Positions 1 through 10,657 of a DNA stretch of 64,000 nucleotides are shown one piece after another. The stretch comes from an uncultured Fibrobacterota bacterium (lineage in GTDB: Bacteria; Fibrobacterota; Chitinivibrionia; Chitinivibrionales; FEN-1185), in assembly GCA_963729895.1 (NCBI GenBank), contig CAVSQB010000018.1:1-64000 (forward strand). The letters run 5' to 3'. Position 1 is the first letter of the stretch, and each line of letters starts with the position of its first letter. The position numbers were made by a program, and so were the translations under genes. The notes under the pieces were generated by a model. It was not told the DNA's origin, searched no databases, and saw only the letters and a list, made by a program, of their open reading frames with translations.

Positions 1-36
1 TGCAGTCTTGCGTCATGATCCAACTGCTAAAGAACT

Positions 37-92
37 AATCTGCCCGTCCGGTTCAGTTGGGAGTGCCGGGTAGGGGAACCGCCGGACTCTAC
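37..92 (+). other. Possible degenerate group II intron 3' end (3' strand of domain V plus domain VI)
   Basis: AATCTGCCCGTCCGGTTC followed by hairpin GAGTGCCGG...CCGGACTC and ending TAC resembles a DV/DVI end; the AGC triad strand is missing. Confidence 0.3.
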
Positions 93-177
93 AGCCTCAG
101 GATGATTGGCCAATGCCATAGATGGTCACAAATCTTCATCCGTGCTGTGCGATAAATCAACCAATATCGCGAAATGT

Positions 178-1518
178 ATGACCAATAAAGTCAATCTTAT
201 TCTTTGTCTTCTGTTATTGGGGCACTGCTTTGGTCAATTTTCCCCGGATAGTTTGCGTATTGCACACATTCAATGGCCTGGCAAAGATAAACCAATTCCT
301 CAGCAATTTCTAATTGACGCAAAGGCAAACGGGTACAATTATGTTTTGTGCGAATATGTTCCGTATTGGAGTGAATGGAACGACAGCGGCAAAATTGTGT
401 CGCCACGTCCAACTAATTTTGAAAAAAGATTGACTCAGCATTTTCAACAAGCAGATTCGGCCGGTTTGAGACTTATTCCGGAGCTCCAGACAGGTGACAT
501 CCATGGCGAATTCTATCATGATTATATTAACAAGCTGATTCCCGGGCAACTCATTCATCAAAAACTTCCGGATGCCATGATCTCGGATTATAGGTCCTTT
601 GTTGTGTCCACTGATTCAAGCAATGCCGGAGCTGATTTGATGAATAATGCTTTTGATTCCCTTTGGACTATGGTCTTTAACGCTTTTGACCATGCCAAGA
701 AAAAGATGAGGTGTAAAAATTTAGATTTTGTTCATTTAGGATACGATGAAAACTATTACTCCTGGAAGAACGATCCACTCGCACATATTATTCCCTTGGT
801 GGGCCTTTGCGGGCCAGACACCTCCTGGCTCACGACTCAGGGTTTGAAAGGATCAAGTACCGAAACACAAATACAGCGACTCTACGCTGCAAATATCAAG
901 AAACGCGTTAATCATATTTCATCAATTTCCAAGAAATTTGGCTGCATTACCAAATCAATATTATGGGCCGATATGCTTGACCCGGAACTGTATCCACCCG
1001 ATGTGTATTCGTTTAGAAACCTGTTTGACCCTGCATTACAAAGCAATGACCCCTCATTTGACGCACAAGGCAGTCTGGTGAAGGTAAGCCTTATTGGCGC
1101 TCTGCAACAATCAGATATGCAATCTGTTAAAGACAACTTGATTTTTTGCCCTTGGGTGTATGACACTGTTGCCCGTGGCGGACGATATCTCCCCAGGAAT
1201 GCAATCGACACATTTACAGCTCGTGGGTATAAAGTCTTATATGCGTGTGCCGGTTCAACTTATTTGCAGCCATTGTATATTCCCGGCAGTGAAGCAGAAT
1301 ATCAAAATGCACTTGAATTTGCGAGGGCCGCACATGACAGGAAGTTCACCTCCAAGAGTATTGGCTACATAGCTACAGCCTGGAGCGACGTTGCCGATGT
1401 GGATTCCAGGCAAGGTAGTCTCATCTGGAATCCTGACTCCAATTACATCAAGCCGTTTAACCTGATGGGGATCCTTGCGAAGATTAATAATCGGTGTGCA
1501 TCTAATGCGTTCAGGTAA
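178..1518 (+). CDS. Secreted GH20-like TIM-barrel glycoside hydrolase
   Basis: Signal peptide from M178; motifs LIPELQT, FVHLGYDE, ILWADML, PWVY and ATAWS follow the GH20 catalytic domain order. Confidence 0.6.
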   Translation: MTNKVNLILCLLLLGHCFGQFSPDSLRIAHIQWPGKDKPIPQQFLIDAKANGYNYVLCEYVPYWSEWNDSGKIVSPRPTNFEKRLTQHFQQADSAGLRLIPELQTGDIHGEFYHDYINKLIPGQLIHQKLPDAMISDYRSFVVSTDSSNAGADLMNNAFDSLWTMVFNAFDHAKKKMRCKNLDFVHLGYDENYYSWKNDPLAHIIPLVGLCGPDTSWLTTQGLKGSSTETQIQRLYAANIKKRVNHISSISKKFGCITKSILWADMLDPELYPPDVYSFRNLFDPALQSNDPSFDAQGSLVKVSLIGALQQSDMQSVKDNLIFCPWVYDTVARGGRYLPRNAIDTFTARGYKVLYACAGSTYLQPLYIPGSEAEYQNALEFARAAHDRKFTSKSIGYIATAWSDVADVDSRQGSLIWNPDSNYIKPFNLMGILAKINNRCASNAFR

Positions 1519-1551
1519 AAAAGGGATGTATTTTCGATTCCAACTCTTACT

Positions 1552-4395
1552 ATGATCAAGATATCTTCTAACCATCCTGGAAGAAAAACGGCGTTGATAG
1601 CTGTAGCAATTTCCTTTTCTGAGTTGCTGTTCTGCTCGCCGCTGTCCTCGAGTTCAAAAAATCAGGCGGACCTTTCACATCCAGGCATGAGAAAGATAAC
1701 TGCCGCCGGCAAATCGTTCCAGCAAGGGTGGAACGATACGCTTGCATCCGCGGATGAGCGGCCGGGCATGAAAAGCAGCTTCTCCTACGATTATTGGATT
1801 GACACAACAGAAGTCACCCAGAAGCATTATTTCAACATAACAGGCAAAATGCCTGTTTCCGACTCAGCGAAGTACGGTTTTGGAGACAACTATCCGGTCT
1901 ATTATGTGAGCTGGTTTGATGCTGCACTTTTCTGCAACGCCCGAAGCAGATCGGAAAACCTTGACACGGTTTATTCCTATACCAAGGTGCTTATTGCAAA
2001 TGGAAGCATTTACAACCTGACCGGCCTGTGCAGCAATTTGTCTGCCGACGGATACCGGCTTCCGACCGAATCGGAATGGGAATTTGCGGCGAGAGAGGCA
2101 TCATCAAACCTTCGTTTTACAACGCCCAGCGACAGCATCTTTGCTCAAGGTACTGCATGGTACTTGGCAAACTCGGGAGGCGCGACACACCCGGTGGCAA
2201 GCAAAGCGCCGAATGCTCTCGGGCTGTACGACATGGTGGGAAATGTTTTCGAGTGGACCAATGACTGGAAATGTTTCTATAACAACGAAGACATTACCAA
2301 TTCCCTGGGGTCACCCACCCCGGACAATGCGAACGAGAAGGTGATTAAGGGCGGATCATTCAATTATGACATGTCTTTTCTGAGGCCGTCCCACCGATCT
2401 GCATCGTATGCCACATCGCTCTCCACTTTTTGTGAATACGTGGGGTTCAGATGCGCCCGTGGTCCCATGGCGAACGGCAGTTACATTGGGGCGGGCCAGC
2501 AAGGACTCACCACGAACCAAGTCGCCATAGCTACCGACGCCGGCGCGTTGCAGGCGTTTTGCGGAACGCCGGCAGCAGAATTAGTATTTGTCAATGTTAC
2601 GGATGCCAGCCGCACGCTTTGCTATGTCGATTTCAGCAGATCGTTTCCCTACGTTCAGGAATTCTTCGACAGCAAAAACGTTTTCATGCCCACCATTTCC
2701 CCCAATGGAAAGTATGTGGCGTATTGCAGCAACGATGTCGGATTGTCGGGCCCTTCCGTGATCGCCGTCCGTCCTCTCGATTCAATTGATTCTCCTAAAG
2801 TGATCTTCAGCGCCGACAGCGCCTATATTCCTCATTGGACTGTGGACCCTTCAAGTGGTGACACCTGCATTGTCTATACCAATTCGGGGATCATCAACAG
2901 CAGCATACAATGGAATTCATCAAGAACGTTCATCCAGAAGATGCAGGGTGGCATTCCGGCGGGAATTCCACGGGAGATCATTTCCGACGGCAGCTATCAT
3001 GATGGGATTTCGACGAGCAACCGTTATATGGTTACCTCTTACACTCGCCTGATGGTGAAGGATCTTGTGACGGGCGAGGAAAAACAATTGTTTCTTCCCC
3101 CCCACAACGGCAAGGACGCAAACGGCTCCACGCAGGTTTGCAATGCCACCGTATCTCCGGACACGGGCCCAAACCCGCGATGCATGTTCCTTGATTTCGG
3201 CAGCCCAACCCCGAGCACCGTGACAGGAGTCAGTTATGGCATCCACCAGTACCTGTTTATCGCATCGTTTTCAGATTCGATAAACTGGTGCATGCCCTGC
3301 CCGGAGTCCGAAAACGAATGGGACTATCCGAAATGGTCCAATGTGAATCGTTTCGCCGTTTCAAGCGCCAGGAACTCGGCAGGCAATGCACATAATGTTT
3401 ATTTGGTTGACCTTTCACTGGGTGCGACGCTTGAAATGGTTTCGGGAGTCGAATTGGAGCAACCCTGCCTGTGGGTCAACAATCCTCCGGATTTGACACC
3501 GAACGAGATTGACAGCCTCGGCGCTTACAACGACCCACCCGTGTTTGTGACACAGGTACGATTCGCCGGGCGCATGCATTTCTTCTGGCAACTGTGCGAT
3601 TCCATGCAATTTGTATTCGTCGGAAGTTCTCACGCTGCTTTGGCCATCGATCCGCATGCGTTCAGGAATCGGACAATATACAATCTTGCCTTTGAACAGG
3701 GCGACCCGCCCGCAACGCTCGCAATGATGACAAACTATGTGCTGAATCATTGCAGTCAGATAAAATTCATTGGGATGGATTTCATACCAGGCTTCTTGAA
3801 TGCCCCAAACGGGGTGGACATAAGTTTCTCACGCGGTATCGGACAAAGCAAGGGATATGTGTACGACAGCGTCCACTCATTCTGGAAAAATAATCTCAAC
3901 GATCACATCAGAAGCGCATTGATAAATAAGCCTTACGATGCTCTACCCGAACAGGATTCTCTTAATGCCGTTTTCAGTTTGTGCTATGGTTGGGGAGGAA
4001 GCAACCCGAGCATGTACGGTACAGGAGATTGGGACACAACGGATGGCAACTACATACAGAACGTTGCAGGACTGGAATCCATGATAAGCGAATTGAATCA
4101 GCTTAGAATCCACGTGCTTTTTATAATTACGCCTGAGAATCCTGCGTTTGCCAAAATGGGTTTTGCCGGACGCTACGGGCCTTCCCTTAATGTCGGCAAA
4201 CTGATCGTGGCGCGGTTCAGGCAGTTCGAAAACCAATACCCGTATTTCCACTTACTTGATGTCAATCAATTCGGAAATCACGATTACACGGATGCCGAAG
4301 CTCGCGATCCCGACCATTTGTGCCCTTTGGGGGCCGCAAGGATGAGCGCGAGTGTGGATTCGCTCATGGATTCCATTCTCGCTGGTGTGCAATAG
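1552..4395 (+). CDS. TIGR02171-like protein: FGE-sulfatase domain, TolB-like propeller, SGNH-like C-terminus
   Basis: YRLPTESEWEFAAR, LYDMVGNVFEW and VGFRC (FGE fold); PTISPNGKYVAY; C-terminal GSS...DPDHL. Confidence 0.85.
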   Translation: MIKISSNHPGRKTALIAVAISFSELLFCSPLSSSSKNQADLSHPGMRKITAAGKSFQQGWNDTLASADERPGMKSSFSYDYWIDTTEVTQKHYFNITGKMPVSDSAKYGFGDNYPVYYVSWFDAALFCNARSRSENLDTVYSYTKVLIANGSIYNLTGLCSNLSADGYRLPTESEWEFAAREASSNLRFTTPSDSIFAQGTAWYLANSGGATHPVASKAPNALGLYDMVGNVFEWTNDWKCFYNNEDITNSLGSPTPDNANEKVIKGGSFNYDMSFLRPSHRSASYATSLSTFCEYVGFRCARGPMANGSYIGAGQQGLTTNQVAIATDAGALQAFCGTPAAELVFVNVTDASRTLCYVDFSRSFPYVQEFFDSKNVFMPTISPNGKYVAYCSNDVGLSGPSVIAVRPLDSIDSPKVIFSADSAYIPHWTVDPSSGDTCIVYTNSGIINSSIQWNSSRTFIQKMQGGIPAGIPREIISDGSYHDGISTSNRYMVTSYTRLMVKDLVTGEEKQLFLPPHNGKDANGSTQVCNATVSPDTGPNPRCMFLDFGSPTPSTVTGVSYGIHQYLFIASFSDSINWCMPCPESENEWDYPKWSNVNRFAVSSARNSAGNAHNVYLVDLSLGATLEMVSGVELEQPCLWVNNPPDLTPNEIDSLGAYNDPPVFVTQVRFAGRMHFFWQLCDSMQFVFVGSSHAALAIDPHAFRNRTIYNLAFEQGDPPATLAMMTNYVLNHCSQIKFIGMDFIPGFLNAPNGVDISFSRGIGQSKGYVYDSVHSFWKNNLNDHIRSALINKPYDALPEQDSLNAVFSLCYGWGGSNPSMYGTGDWDTTDGNYIQNVAGLESMISELNQLRIHVLFIITPENPAFAKMGFAGRYGPSLNVGKLIVARFRQFENQYPYFHLLDVNQFGNHDYTDAEARDPDHLCPLGAARMSASVDSLMDSILAGVQ

Positions 4396-4559
4396 ATCGA
4401 GATTGATCCCGTGTATCGGGAATAGACTAAGAGACGGCCGTTCAGGGGGTCCGGAACGCATGAATCAGCGAGTCAAGTTTGTGACTCCGAACCAATATTT
4501 GGTTGCACAAAGATTCTGCATTAATGCCCGTCACCTCTTTGCGCAGGGTCCAGATGGTA

Positions 4560-5795
4560 TCACATCGTTGTTCTATCATGTCTCATTATTTTCTGACAAC
4601 AAGCAAATATCTTCCCTATATTCACTGAAGCATCAAACTGTTTTTTGGCTTTTTCATACCCGTTTTTCCCCATTCCTGCAGCAAGTTTGTCGTCATGAAT
4701 AAGTCTTAGGATTGCGTCAGCCATTTCCTGATGGTTCCCCATAGAAACAACAATTCCATCAACCCGGTTATCTACAAGGGCCTGGTTGTGCATAGTGTTT
4801 GTGGCAACAACAGGCCTATTCCTGGCCCATGCCTCTATGATCGGCCGCGAAAAATGAGTTTCGGTGTTTGAGGAAACAAGAATGCAAGAGGCATCTATGA
4901 GGTCAATTTGATTGTGAATCTCTCCAAGGAGCGTCACTTTGTTCTGCATCACATGTAGGCTGGAAATCCTTCTGCATTCGTGAAGATAAGCCGGGTCGAA
5001 CATGTACTCTTTACCGGCAACGACAAAGTGAACAATCTGGGTGGCGCGCAAAACGATTTCGGCTGACAACAGGAAATCCAGGGTGCCTTTGATTTTGTAA
5101 ATTCCGCCGAGCATTATTACTATCTTTCTGTTGTCCGGTAACTTCAACTGCGATCGGATTTGGTCTTCACGACCGCTGGCCTGGAAATTCTCCTGATTCA
5201 GAAATTCTCCAACAACTTCGATGTTGTCGCATCGCCGGGTGTATGGTTTTATCTGGTCTGCCTCAAAAGGGGTAATTGCAAAAACCACGTCATTGCAGGC
5301 GACAATGGTCTTTGCCAGAAGTCTTCTTCGGATTCCGAAGGTTCCTCTTAGAAAAGGGCTTCTTATGTGGACTGCTGTCATTTTCCCAAGCAGCTTTCCT
5401 GCAATGGAAGCCTGAATTGAAACATACTCGTTTGCATAAACAAGATCTGGCCTGATTCTAATAATAGTTCTGCATACAAGCACCATGCCAAGGAAAACGC
5501 GGGCGATTTCTTTTCCCAGGAAGATCATTCCTTTCAACGTGGGTATGGATTGCTTGTCCGTGAAATGCAGCCCAAGGCGCAGAAAATCGCGATTAAAAAC
5601 CAGAGAAGACGTGCACCTGGCGCCAACAGAGGTGAAACATTCCTGATCGCGGGGATTTTTAGGTGTCAATACATAAACCTGAATGCCGGATTCGGTAAAG
5701 AACTTGACGATGTATTTCAGGCTTACGGTAGCACCTGAAAATCCGAAGTCATGATCCACAAAGAGTACTTTTTTCAAGGAATGCCTCAACCTCAT
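4560..5795 (-). CDS. GT4 family glycosyltransferase
   Basis: KVLFVDH, IKGTLDFL and THFSRPIIEAWARNRPVVAT motifs; start placed at MRLRHS. Confidence 0.85.
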   Translation of the reverse strand: MRLRHSLKKVLFVDHDFGFSGATVSLKYIVKFFTESGIQVYVLTPKNPRDQECFTSVGARCTSSLVFNRDFLRLGLHFTDKQSIPTLKGMIFLGKEIARVFLGMVLVCRTIIRIRPDLVYANEYVSIQASIAGKLLGKMTAVHIRSPFLRGTFGIRRRLLAKTIVACNDVVFAITPFEADQIKPYTRRCDNIEVVGEFLNQENFQASGREDQIRSQLKLPDNRKIVIMLGGIYKIKGTLDFLLSAEIVLRATQIVHFVVAGKEYMFDPAYLHECRRISSLHVMQNKVTLLGEIHNQIDLIDASCILVSSNTETHFSRPIIEAWARNRPVVATNTMHNQALVDNRVDGIVVSMGNHQEMADAILRLIHDDKLAAGMGKNGYEKAKKQFDASVNIGKIFACCQKIMRHDRTTM

Positions 5796-6249
5796 TGGGG
5801 AGTACAAGCCTGCAAAATATATCACGCTATTGATGGACAATGAAGGAGCGGGGCAGCACAACCTGGCCGGTTTTGTTCTGATCCTGCAAGCCCAGGTCTC
5901 AAGGGCTTGAACAAGGCAAAGGTCATTCTTGATTCCCCAGGGCAAAACAAGCTATTTGGCTAACGGGCACTCTGTACAAATGACTAATCAGTTCACAGGG
6001 TTTCGATATTGTTGATTACATAAGGACCTGTACCGGCATGGAAACAGTTATTGAAGACCTTTATGATTTGGAACATGGTCTTTCGGCGCGATTTCTTGAG
6101 ATATTCATATTAAGAAAAGCAAAAAGGACGTGACGAAGAGAGGAATGTTAAGGTACCTCAAATTGCTTGAAGGCATCAGAGAATTTGGGGGCTAAATAGA
6201 ATGCTATAATTGACTTTAGGCTATATTGGAAGGATATTGTCAAACCCTA

Positions 6250-6996
6250 CTACACCAGCAATCGCGCCCAGCGTTTCACGATACGGATATACCTTCCCAA
6301 AACGAATCGATAAAACCACCACCGTCCCACTTCACTATCGTTCCCCATAACCTTCTGCAACTCACGAAGTTGTTCCTTGTTCAATCTGCTCGTCTTATTC
6401 CCGCCATACGACCTGAAATAGCTGATATTTCTATTCAGATATCCGAACCCGTATCTTTTCCCAATCCGCAAAAGGTACTCATAATCCATTACCAGATGCA
6501 GATTTTCGTTGAGAAAGCCAACGATCTGCAAAACCTCTTTTCTCCAAAAACAGCTTGGCTGCCGTACAAGGTCCGGGTTTTTCACAAGTTCCGCATATCT
6601 CATCTGATCCCCGGAAATTCGTCCGAGCATCTTGCCGTTCTCGTCCACATAGGTGATATCGCCATAGAGAAAAGAACAGCCGGCATTCTTCTCAAAGTAC
6701 TCCGCTATGATCGGGAAGACATCCTTTTCATAGTAATCGTCGGAATTGAGCCAGGCAAGGATGTCTCCGGTTGCCATGCGGAATCCCTTGTTTATTGCAT
6801 TGCTCTGGCCGCTGTCCTTTTCGGAAATCCATTTCACATGAGGATATTTCTTGAGGATCTCGATGGTTCCATCGGTGGAACCGCCGTCCACGATAATATG
6901 CTCAAAATCGGGATAATGCTGGCTCTTGACAGATAAGATGGTGTCCTCAATGAAGTTTGCCTGATTCAGTGTGGGTGTTATAATTGATATTTTCAC
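6250..6996 (-). CDS. GT2 family glycosyltransferase (WcaE-like)
   Basis: ISIITPTLNQ, IVDGGSTDGT and WLNSDD motifs. Confidence 0.92.
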   Translation of the reverse strand: MKISIITPTLNQANFIEDTILSVKSQHYPDFEHIIVDGGSTDGTIEILKKYPHVKWISEKDSGQSNAINKGFRMATGDILAWLNSDDYYEKDVFPIIAEYFEKNAGCSFLYGDITYVDENGKMLGRISGDQMRYAELVKNPDLVRQPSCFWRKEVLQIVGFLNENLHLVMDYEYLLRIGKRYGFGYLNRNISYFRSYGGNKTSRLNKEQLRELQKVMGNDSEVGRWWFYRFVLGRYIRIVKRWARLLV

Positions 6997-7032
6997 GAAT
7001 CAATCCGGAAAGGGAGTAGTCCCGAACAATGC

Positions 7033-7713
7033 TCAGGAATGCCGCCCGGAGTGTTTTTGCAAGAACCCGGAAACGTCAAAGAAGTGTTTTTCGATGTCGC
7101 CAAGCATAGCATCATCAAAGTTCCACCATTCAATTTCCAGCAGTCGTTTTCTTTCTGCTTCCGTAAATCTATAGCCGGTAATCTGTATCGGGCAGCCAAC
7201 GGCGATTGCATAAGGAGGTATGTCTTTCGACACCACGGCGCCGGCGCCGATGACAGCGCCGTCACCTATGGAAATCCCGTCAATCGCCGTCACATTTGCG
7301 CCGATAAACACGTCATTGCCGATTGCTATTTTCTTTCGTTCGATAACTTTGCCGGCTTCGCACAGGGAATATCCATTTTGTTTTGAGGAGGAGTAGAACA
7401 TGGGCGATGTGCTCAGGCCATTTGTGGGGTGCAAGCCCCAGCCGCAGAAAAAGTTTGGGCCAATTGAGCAGAAACGGCCGATGTCGGTAAGCGAAATGGA
7501 AGAATTGGCGGCAATATACGTATATTTTCCAATAGAGACCTTAAACAAGTGGTAGGGAACATAGGCTATTGCCGGTTTTTCCAGAGTGCTATCGGTAAAG
7601 TTCGATTTGATAACATCCCAGGCCAGACGTTCCTGATGATCCCTTTTCAAACCCGGGCAGATAGTTTCTAACGCAAACCATCCAAGGTTTTTGAGAAAAC
7701 AGCCTAGTGCCAT
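7033..7713 (-). CDS. CatB/Vat-like hexapeptide-repeat O-acetyltransferase
   Basis: IGNDVFIGANVTAIDGISIGDGAVIGAGAVVSKDIPPYAIAVG; lies inside the polysaccharide cluster. Confidence 0.88.
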   Translation of the reverse strand: MALGCFLKNLGWFALETICPGLKRDHQERLAWDVIKSNFTDSTLEKPAIAYVPYHLFKVSIGKYTYIAANSSISLTDIGRFCSIGPNFFCGWGLHPTNGLSTSPMFYSSSKQNGYSLCEAGKVIERKKIAIGNDVFIGANVTAIDGISIGDGAVIGAGAVVSKDIPPYAIAVGCPIQITGYRFTEAERKRLLEIEWWNFDDAMLGDIEKHFFDVSGFLQKHSGRHS

Positions 7714-7747
7714 AGTATTTCCTTTTCATAGAACAACATCAGGTTAG

Positions 7748-9232
7748 TCAGGCAACACTATCCTTCAGCAGATTGCGGGAAAATGCAAAGATGCTTTGAA
7801 TATCTCTCCAGAATAGCCAGATGCAGAAAACAGATGTGAGCGTTTGGAAAACGATCAATGCATCCGGTTTCACAAAATATACAAATATGTTGCACAGCAT
7901 GACAATGCTGAGGCAACACAGTTTCCAGAACCCTGCTTTTCTGTAAAATGAAAGGACACTGATACCCACCTGTTTCCTGATGTAAAAAAGCATGGCAAGG
8001 TTGGCGCCAACCACAGACACGTAATACCCAAATAATGCAAGACTGTTCTTGAAGATTAACAAGCCGACAATCAAAAGCCCTGCAATGACAATGATATTCA
8101 ACGCCTGCAGGAATCCCAGGAACAACGATTTTCCGATACCAAGAATGAACACATAGAGCACATATCCGGCGGTGTTGACCGATTCTGCCAGACCCAGAAT
8201 CAGGAAGATGATAATGCTTTCCTTGTACCCATAGAAAAATGTGAAGATCAATGAGAAGGCTATGGGGAATACTCCAAAGAAAAGGCCTGAAAATGAAATG
8301 CCATTTCGTGAAACACTCACTCCGTCAAGAAACAAGAAATTGACCTGTTCCGGTTTTCCCGACAGCTTGCTCACGTTGGGGAGGGTATTCTTGAAAGCGA
8401 AAGAAAACAATCCAGAAATGGCAAGCGTGAATCTTTTCGCAATTTCGTACGGGGGAATGAGCCTGTTCTCCGAAAAATTCCCAATGAGGTACTTGGTTAT
8501 GGGATCAATAAGAGAACCCAGGAAGAATGTTGCCTGAACCGAAATGCTGAATTTGCAAATTTCCTTGAACGTGGCGACATTAACATGGGTAAAACCGATA
8601 CTGAGGTGCCGATAATACATCTTGAACGAAATCAGGAAAACGAATAGTTGGACAACTGCTGCGATCAAATACAGAATACCCAACAAGGCCACCGAGAAAT
8701 GAGAAAGGTTGGCAATAATCACACACACAAATACAAAGAGGCTGTTTGCGATTGCGATTTTCGACGTCAGCACAAAATCTTCATGACCTTCCAGTATGGA
8801 CCTGAAGACGATGGTCAGGTATTGCACATAGAAGATGGCTCCGGAAAGGAGGCAGATGGTTTGCGCTGGAGCGGCGAGTTTGCGGGGAACAATCTTCGGA
8901 TTCCCAATGTAAATAAGTTCCGCAACGAAACAACCCAGCATGGCGATCACAATGCCGAGGGCGATGAACAAAAAAAGGCTGGTTGAAATAATCTTGTTCA
9001 CTTTTGCGTGATCGGATTTGTACTGCGCAACAAATTTCACGGTTGATATGCCGAATCCGAAATCGATTGCCGAACCAACACCCCAAATTGAAAAAAGAAG
9101 TACCCAAATACTGAAAACCTGGCTTCCCAGCGTCAGCAAATTAAGTTTGAGGCCGATGAGAGAAAATACCAGTATCAGTGAGTACTGGGAAGAGAGCCAA
9201 AGGGAGTTCTTACTGTTTTTGTCCAACAACAT
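7748..9232 (-). CDS. wzx: Polysaccharide flippase (Wzx/MOP family)
   Basis: Many transmembrane segments, DFGFGISTVKFVAQ motif, cluster context. Confidence 0.75.
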   Translation of the reverse strand: MLLDKNSKNSLWLSSQYSLILVFSLIGLKLNLLTLGSQVFSIWVLLFSIWGVGSAIDFGFGISTVKFVAQYKSDHAKVNKIISTSLFLFIALGIVIAMLGCFVAELIYIGNPKIVPRKLAAPAQTICLLSGAIFYVQYLTIVFRSILEGHEDFVLTSKIAIANSLFVFVCVIIANLSHFSVALLGILYLIAAVVQLFVFLISFKMYYRHLSIGFTHVNVATFKEICKFSISVQATFFLGSLIDPITKYLIGNFSENRLIPPYEIAKRFTLAISGLFSFAFKNTLPNVSKLSGKPEQVNFLFLDGVSVSRNGISFSGLFFGVFPIAFSLIFTFFYGYKESIIIFLILGLAESVNTAGYVLYVFILGIGKSLFLGFLQALNIIVIAGLLIVGLLIFKNSLALFGYYVSVVGANLAMLFYIRKQVGISVLSFYRKAGFWKLCCLSIVMLCNIFVYFVKPDALIVFQTLTSVFCIWLFWRDIQSIFAFSRNLLKDSVA

Positions 9233-10643
9233 TATGTGCCTTCATCACCATTTTATAATTTGCGACCGAAATGCCCAGAAGCATGCTCCATAACATCCCA
9301 CATTGGCCCCATAAATACGCGTCCGTCATGCACATCGAAATGCAAATGAAGACTTGAAGAACAAGGATTCCCAGGGAGAAGTATCGTTGGTCCGCCCGAA
9401 CGGAGAATGTTACGGATCGGAGGGCCATCCTCAGCGATGCGACAAGAAAAACCAGGAACCCTATCATCCCGACAATCCCGGTTTCGGTGAGTACTGCAAA
9501 ATACGCAACATGAGGGCTTAATCCTTGAACCCAGGCCTTGTAAAGCTCCCTGGGAATGGTACGATAGTACTGGGAGTCAAGGTAGAATGAATAGGCTCCT
9601 ATTCCCACTATCGGATGTTGCATGAATGCCGTCAGCGCCGTATACCATATCAAGAAGCGGGATATCATTGAGTTTGAGACCAAGGGCACCTCTGAGGAGC
9701 GTCCAGTGTACTTGCTTGAAATCAATTCGTGCAGCCTGCTAAACGCTTCGGGAACAGCCACCGAAAGAATCGTTAATGCAACAGCCCCAAGAACGAGAAT
9801 GGAAATCGATTGAACGACCAGTTTCTTGCGGTCCACGGAAAAGGCCGTGTGGCGCCTGAAAAGATATGCTATGAGGAATGCAAACGACAGGAGTAAGGAT
9901 AGTATGGAGTTTCTTGTCTGAGTGAAAATGAGGGATGCAAACAAGAAGAGAGAGATAATGACATACACGACAGACCTCCACGTTCTTGTATGTAAGGCAA
10001 TTATGATGAACATGAGAATCGCAATGCACACATAATCAACGAATACTGTTCCGGTAAATCCAACCACTCTTTCTTTTGTCAGGAAACCCTGCGCTATCAC
10101 AACCGATCCGTTCAGGATAGTCATGACAAGGAAGGCAATCATGAAGGATTTAATCTGCTTGTGGTTCTTTACGCATATTCCAAGAATGCCGCACATGACT
10201 ATCATGGAAACCAGGTTAACGAGGGCAAGTAGACAGCCGCCAAGGCTCTTGACGTTCATAAATGATGGAATAATCCCGATCAAGTAGATTCCTATTGGAA
10301 CAAGCAAAGGATTTGCAATCTTGGGGGAGAAATCAGGTTTGCGTGTCAGTAAATAGGACACGGCAACTGGAATAGAAAATAGAACGATGGCCTTGTAGTA
10401 CAGCGCGTCAATATTGATGCACAATACGATGATAGAAATAATAATGACCACGTTGGTATTCAGCAGAGCGGACACCAGGAGGGGGAGGCCCAAAGCGAGG
10501 CCCAATGTCTTTTTTCCGAGGCCATATTGTCTGAAGACGGCAACGTAGGCAATTGAAACAGCCATCATCCACAATAATAGCGCTTTATTATTGGCAGGAG
10601 AGTATTTCTTGTCCTGATCGAAAATGAGAAAATGCAAAGGCAT
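9210..10643 (-). CDS. O-antigen polymerase/ligase family membrane protein
   Basis: Polytopic; FTQTRNS, SRFLIW...HPIVGIG and PHVAYFAVLTETGIVG (Wzy_C/WaaL pattern). Confidence 0.85.
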   Translation of the reverse strand: MPLHFLIFDQDKKYSPANNKALLLWMMAVSIAYVAVFRQYGLGKKTLGLALGLPLLVSALLNTNVVIIISIIVLCINIDALYYKAIVLFSIPVAVSYLLTRKPDFSPKIANPLLVPIGIYLIGIIPSFMNVKSLGGCLLALVNLVSMIVMCGILGICVKNHKQIKSFMIAFLVMTILNGSVVIAQGFLTKERVVGFTGTVFVDYVCIAILMFIIIALHTRTWRSVVYVIISLFLFASLIFTQTRNSILSLLLSFAFLIAYLFRRHTAFSVDRKKLVVQSISILVLGAVALTILSVAVPEAFSRLHELISSKYTGRSSEVPLVSNSMISRFLIWYTALTAFMQHPIVGIGAYSFYLDSQYYRTIPRELYKAWVQGLSPHVAYFAVLTETGIVGMIGFLVFLVASLRMALRSVTFSVRADQRYFSLGILVLQVFICISMCMTDAYLWGQCGMLWSMLLGISVANYKMVMKAHNVVGQKQ

Positions 10644-10657
10644 CGCCGGATTCTGGT

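Noticed and set aside
7033..7713. Chloramphenicol or streptogramin resistance gene
   Set aside because: A CatB-like fold embedded in a Wzx/Wzy cluster is more simply explained as a sugar O-acetyltransferase
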